A stretch of DNA of 64,000 nucleotides from an uncultured Phycisphaerales bacterium (GTDB lineage: Bacteria; Planctomycetota; Phycisphaerae; Tepidisphaerales; Tepidisphaeraceae), in contig CAVWLP010000002.1 of assembly GCA_963755915.1 (NCBI GenBank), positions 1,120,001 through 1,184,000 of the forward strand. Reading direction: 5' to 3'. Within the stretch, counting starts at the first letter, position 1, and each line of letters begins with the position of its first letter. Below, one piece after another: positions 60,847 to 64,000 of this stretch. The notes under the pieces are model-generated. The model saw nothing but the letters and a program-made list of their open reading frames with translations. It was not told the origin of the DNA and ran no database searches. The position numbers were made by a program, and so were the translations under genes.

Positions 60847-62791
60847 CTACACCACCTTCACCTCAATCGCCCCCGGCCTATATCCCACGCCGCGCTCAAG
60901 CGCCATGTCGTGGGCTTCGTTGTAGTACTCAACCAGCTTCGACCAGTCGAAGGCTTCGCTGAGCCGCTCGACTTTGTTTCGCATTTCGATGCGCTGCCGG
61001 CGCTGGAGCTTGAGGAAGTTCAACAGGTGCTCGACGAGTTCGTTAACCGTGGCGTCAAAACCGCGGGTGCGGCGGTTAAGGACATAGATCCCCTGCTCAT
61101 TATGATCGGGAATGTGCCGCTGCACGTAGGCGCCGAAGCCGCTTAGGTCGGTGGTGACGTTGGGGACGCCAAGGGCGGCGCATTCCATCGGCGTGTAGCC
61201 CCACGGCTCATAGTAGCTCGGGAAAATCCCCATGTGGCAGCCGCGGACGAACTGGTCGTAGTCGAGGCTGATCAGCGGGCTGGTTGCGGTGACGAATTGC
61301 GGATGAAAGATGATTTTGACCGGGTCATCCGGCGCGTTGAAGAGGCCGCGGTTGCGGAGGTGCTGGAGGATCGGATCGTTGGCGTCGTCGACGAGATCGT
61401 GGGTGACGATCGGCGGCTGCCGGCCCGTGCGCCAGGCGAAAATCGCCTGCTTAAGGCGGACGGCGTCGTCGTCGGTCACCAGGTCGTCGGTGACGATCCG
61501 GCCGTTGACGGCGCCGCGGAAGAGGCGCTGGCCCATCTCCTCTTCGATCTGCTCGCAGGTTTTGTGCAGCTCGTCGAACATCGACTGGCTCTGGAGAGTC
61601 CCGACGTTGATGTTGCGCGTCGCGGCCTTGGTGACGATGAAGGCGACGACCGTCGGCCCGTCGTTTGAGCCGCGAAGCCGCTGGTCGCAGGCGAGCGAGA
61701 GCTTCGATGAACAGGTCCATCCCCTTGTTGCGATATTCGTAGCGCCCGCTGGTGAAGAGGTAGATGGTTTTGTCGAGGTCGAAGCTGTAGGCGGGGAAGA
61801 AATGCCCCATCACGAATTCGTGGATGGCTTCCTTGTACTGCCGGTGAAGGTTCTGGAATTCGTGCAGCGCGGCGAAGCGCTGGATGTTCAGGCCGTTGGG
61901 GAGAATCAGGTCGGGCTGGCGGCCGAGGAGTTTTTCGGCCTCGAAACTGGTGACCTGGCTGACGGTGGTGAAAACCGTCGCCGCGTGCGAGGCGGCTTTT
62001 TCGATCGCGAAGCGCGGATAAATATCGCGCTTGGCCGCTTCTTCGTCCGGGTTCAGGTAGGGGAGATGGTCGTAGAAGTAGGGATTATCGCTGGCGAGAT
62101 ATCGCCCCAGCAGCGTGGCATGGGTGGTGAAGACGGTGGCCACGGGAAGCTTCAGATGCGCGATGCGCGGGACGGCGACGCCGGCCATCCATTCGTGGAA
62201 ATGGGCGATGATCGGCGTCTTGCCGCCGAGCTCGGCGCACAGGGCCGCGAAGAATTCCGCGACGGTGAAACCGAACGCGACGACTTCGTTGACTTCCCCG
62301 TCGCCCGCGACGGTGGCGATGAAATTGTCTTTCCAGAGGAGGTATTTGTCGGAATCAAGCTGCGAGAATCGGCCGCGATAGTCGAGCAGGATCACCCGCG
62401 GCCGACCGGGGATGAGCCAGCGGCCGTAATGGCAGCCGATGCCCATGTTGCGCAGGCGATCCAGCGTTTTGCGGATGACGCCCTCGGTGGGCTGTTCTTC
62501 AAATTCCAGGGCGGCGGTGTGGGGGTTGTAGGGACCGATGAGGCAGTAGCGTTCGCCCCAGCGCTGGAGCATCGCCGGGACCTTTGAGCGCAGGACGGTG
62601 TAGATTCCACCAAGCTGCCAGCAGACTTCCCAGCCGATTTCGAAGAGAAGGGGATCAGGGGTGGGCTGAGGCGAAGAGTCCGTATGCGGAGGCGAGGGAG
62701 CGGGCGTCGGCGTCGGAGTCGGGCTGGGGGTTGGCACGGTGCGTCGCTCCACGGTTCGCTGGCCGGTCCTTCCGCGTCGTCGGGTGGGCAT
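60847..62791 (-). CDS. Glycogen synthase, GT3 (eukaryote-type); apparent frameshift near 61688
   Basis: FEIGWEV..LGGIYTVL, AHFHEWMAG, FTTHATLLGR, SGRYEYRNKG, GCHMGIFPSYYEPWGYTPMEC. Confidence 0.93.
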
Positions 62792-62975
62792 CGGGGGGTA
62801 TTATGCCGAAACTTGGCCGCAGGCCAAACGGACTAAAAAGCTGGCGAGTCATTATGTCCACAACGGCCCCCATTTGCCTTTCCCCCCTCCCGGTGATACC
62901 GTTCTTCGCCCAAATTCATCCGGCTGACGTTGGGTCTTTTGACCCGACGCACGATCGGATGCAAGGAGTTAACAC

Positions 62976-63218
62976 GTGAAAGCCAAGATTCATCCCCGGT
63001 ATCAGAAGTGCACCGCTCACTGTGCGTGTGGAAATACGTTCGTAACGCGGAGCACCATGTCGAAGATCAACGTCGATATCTGCAACGTCTGCCACCCCTT
63101 TTTCACGGGGAAGCAGAAGTTTGTGGATACCGCCGGCCGCGTGGAGCGGTTCAGCAAGAAGTTCGGCGGGACCTACAGCTTCCAGAAGACCGCGGCGCCC
63201 GCGACGGCGAAAAAATGA
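62976..63218 (+). CDS. rpmE: 50S ribosomal protein L31, Zn-binding type
   Basis: [43 protein letters not shown]. Confidence 0.97.
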   Translation: MKAKIHPRYQKCTAHCACGNTFVTRSTMSKINVDICNVCHPFFTGKQKFVDTAGRVERFSKKFGGTYSFQKTAAPATAKK

Positions 63219-63796
63219 GCGGCCTTTTGCGACCGCTGGGGCGATTTGTTGCCATAGTTTCGGTGGTTTGTCTCTGTGCGTGCGCGGCTCGCCCACAGCC
63301 GCGCATGGTCCAACCGGTCTGGACCGTGACGCGATCCGGGCCTCTTAGCGGGCTGGCATTTGATCCCAATGTAAATGCGGTTTGCGCAGCGCCGGCGGGA
63401 TGGAAGAGCCAGCCGCTGGTCAGCGACGCCGACCATAACGACCAGGTATGGCTGAGCCCGACGGGGGCGACGGCCTATGGGGTTATTCATTTCGTCATGC
63501 CGTTTCCAGTTGGCGTGGACTTCGCGCTGTCGGCGTTTCTGGATCACATGCGAAAAGACAAGGGGGAGGCGACGCTGCTTTCGCGCAGCCACGATCCGAC
63601 TTTGCCGGGAATTCGGTTTGTGGCGGAGGACCAGACGCACGTGATTCATGCGAATTTGTTTGTGGCGGGATGGGAAGGGTGGGCCGTTTATGCGGGGACG
63701 CTGCGCAACGCGCCGATCAACCAGGAAGAACTTGACATCGCCCAGGTCGCGCGGGAAAATACGCGTGTCGGGCAACCGGAAAAGGTGGAAAATTAG
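63215..63796 (+). CDS. Putative lipoprotein
   Basis: ATGA overlap with rpmE; signal ending LCAC; PAGW...VWLSPTG.TAYGVI. Confidence 0.75.
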   Translation: MSGLLRPLGRFVAIVSVVCLCACAARPQPRMVQPVWTVTRSGPLSGLAFDPNVNAVCAAPAGWKSQPLVSDADHNDQVWLSPTGATAYGVIHFVMPFPVGVDFALSAFLDHMRKDKGEATLLSRSHDPTLPGIRFVAEDQTHVIHANLFVAGWEGWAVYAGTLRNAPINQEELDIAQVARENTRVGQPEKVEN

Positions 63797-63915
63797 TGCG
63801 TTCCGCCGTCTGGGTTTGAAGCGACAGTTTGGGCCAACCAACTCGAATTTGAAGTGAAGTAAGTTCCGCACGAAATCGCTCCGTGTGCCATTGCCGTTAG
63901 GCGTATGGAGAGCTT

Positions 63916-64000
63916 ATGCACGCCGGGTGTGGTCGTTGGATTCAATTGGGCATTTGGGTGGCCATCGCGGCGTTGTCGGGGTGCCAGATTCACACCGTCT
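63916..64000 (+). CDS. Putative lipoprotein, N-terminus only (window end)
   Basis: GGAG RBS; MHAGCGRWIQLGIWVAIAALSGC lipobox. Confidence 0.5.
   Translation, partial: MHAGCGRWIQLGIWVAIAALSGCQIHTV

Overview
GC-rich bacterial chromosome segment, most likely a planctomycete (Phycisphaerae/Tepidisphaerales-like). This is inferred from two LEPRxLL-type secreted proteins, hpnCDE, a ThiD2-ThiE fusion and typical hypothetical families. The backbone is housekeeping: gcvT-gcvH-gcvP, gyrA, murJ, thiE, hpnCDE, hflX, alkA, a sulfite/nitrite reductase, an RND pump, an ABC transporter, tRNA-Gly(TCC), a eukaryote-type (GT3) glycogen synthase and rpmE. About 15 otherwise intact genes carry 1-2 nt frameshifts, which I read as long-read consensus errors rather than pseudogenes. 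Accessory cargo is small and scattered: toxin-antitoxin-like pairs, an HNH pair, mobile mystery proteins A/B and a calpain-like protease. No integrase or transposase lies in the window. The most notable unexplained structures are (i) two micro-islands, each bounded by a diverged copy of the 3' end of the upstream gene (tRNA-Gly 44782-44830 vs 41728-41777; nucleotide-sugar dehydrogenase 30121-30210 vs 29555-29644), and (ii) at least five families of short palindromic or tandem repeats that sit at gene ends, nest inside each other and in places encode protein C-termini. All calls come from reading the sequence by eye; no searches were run.
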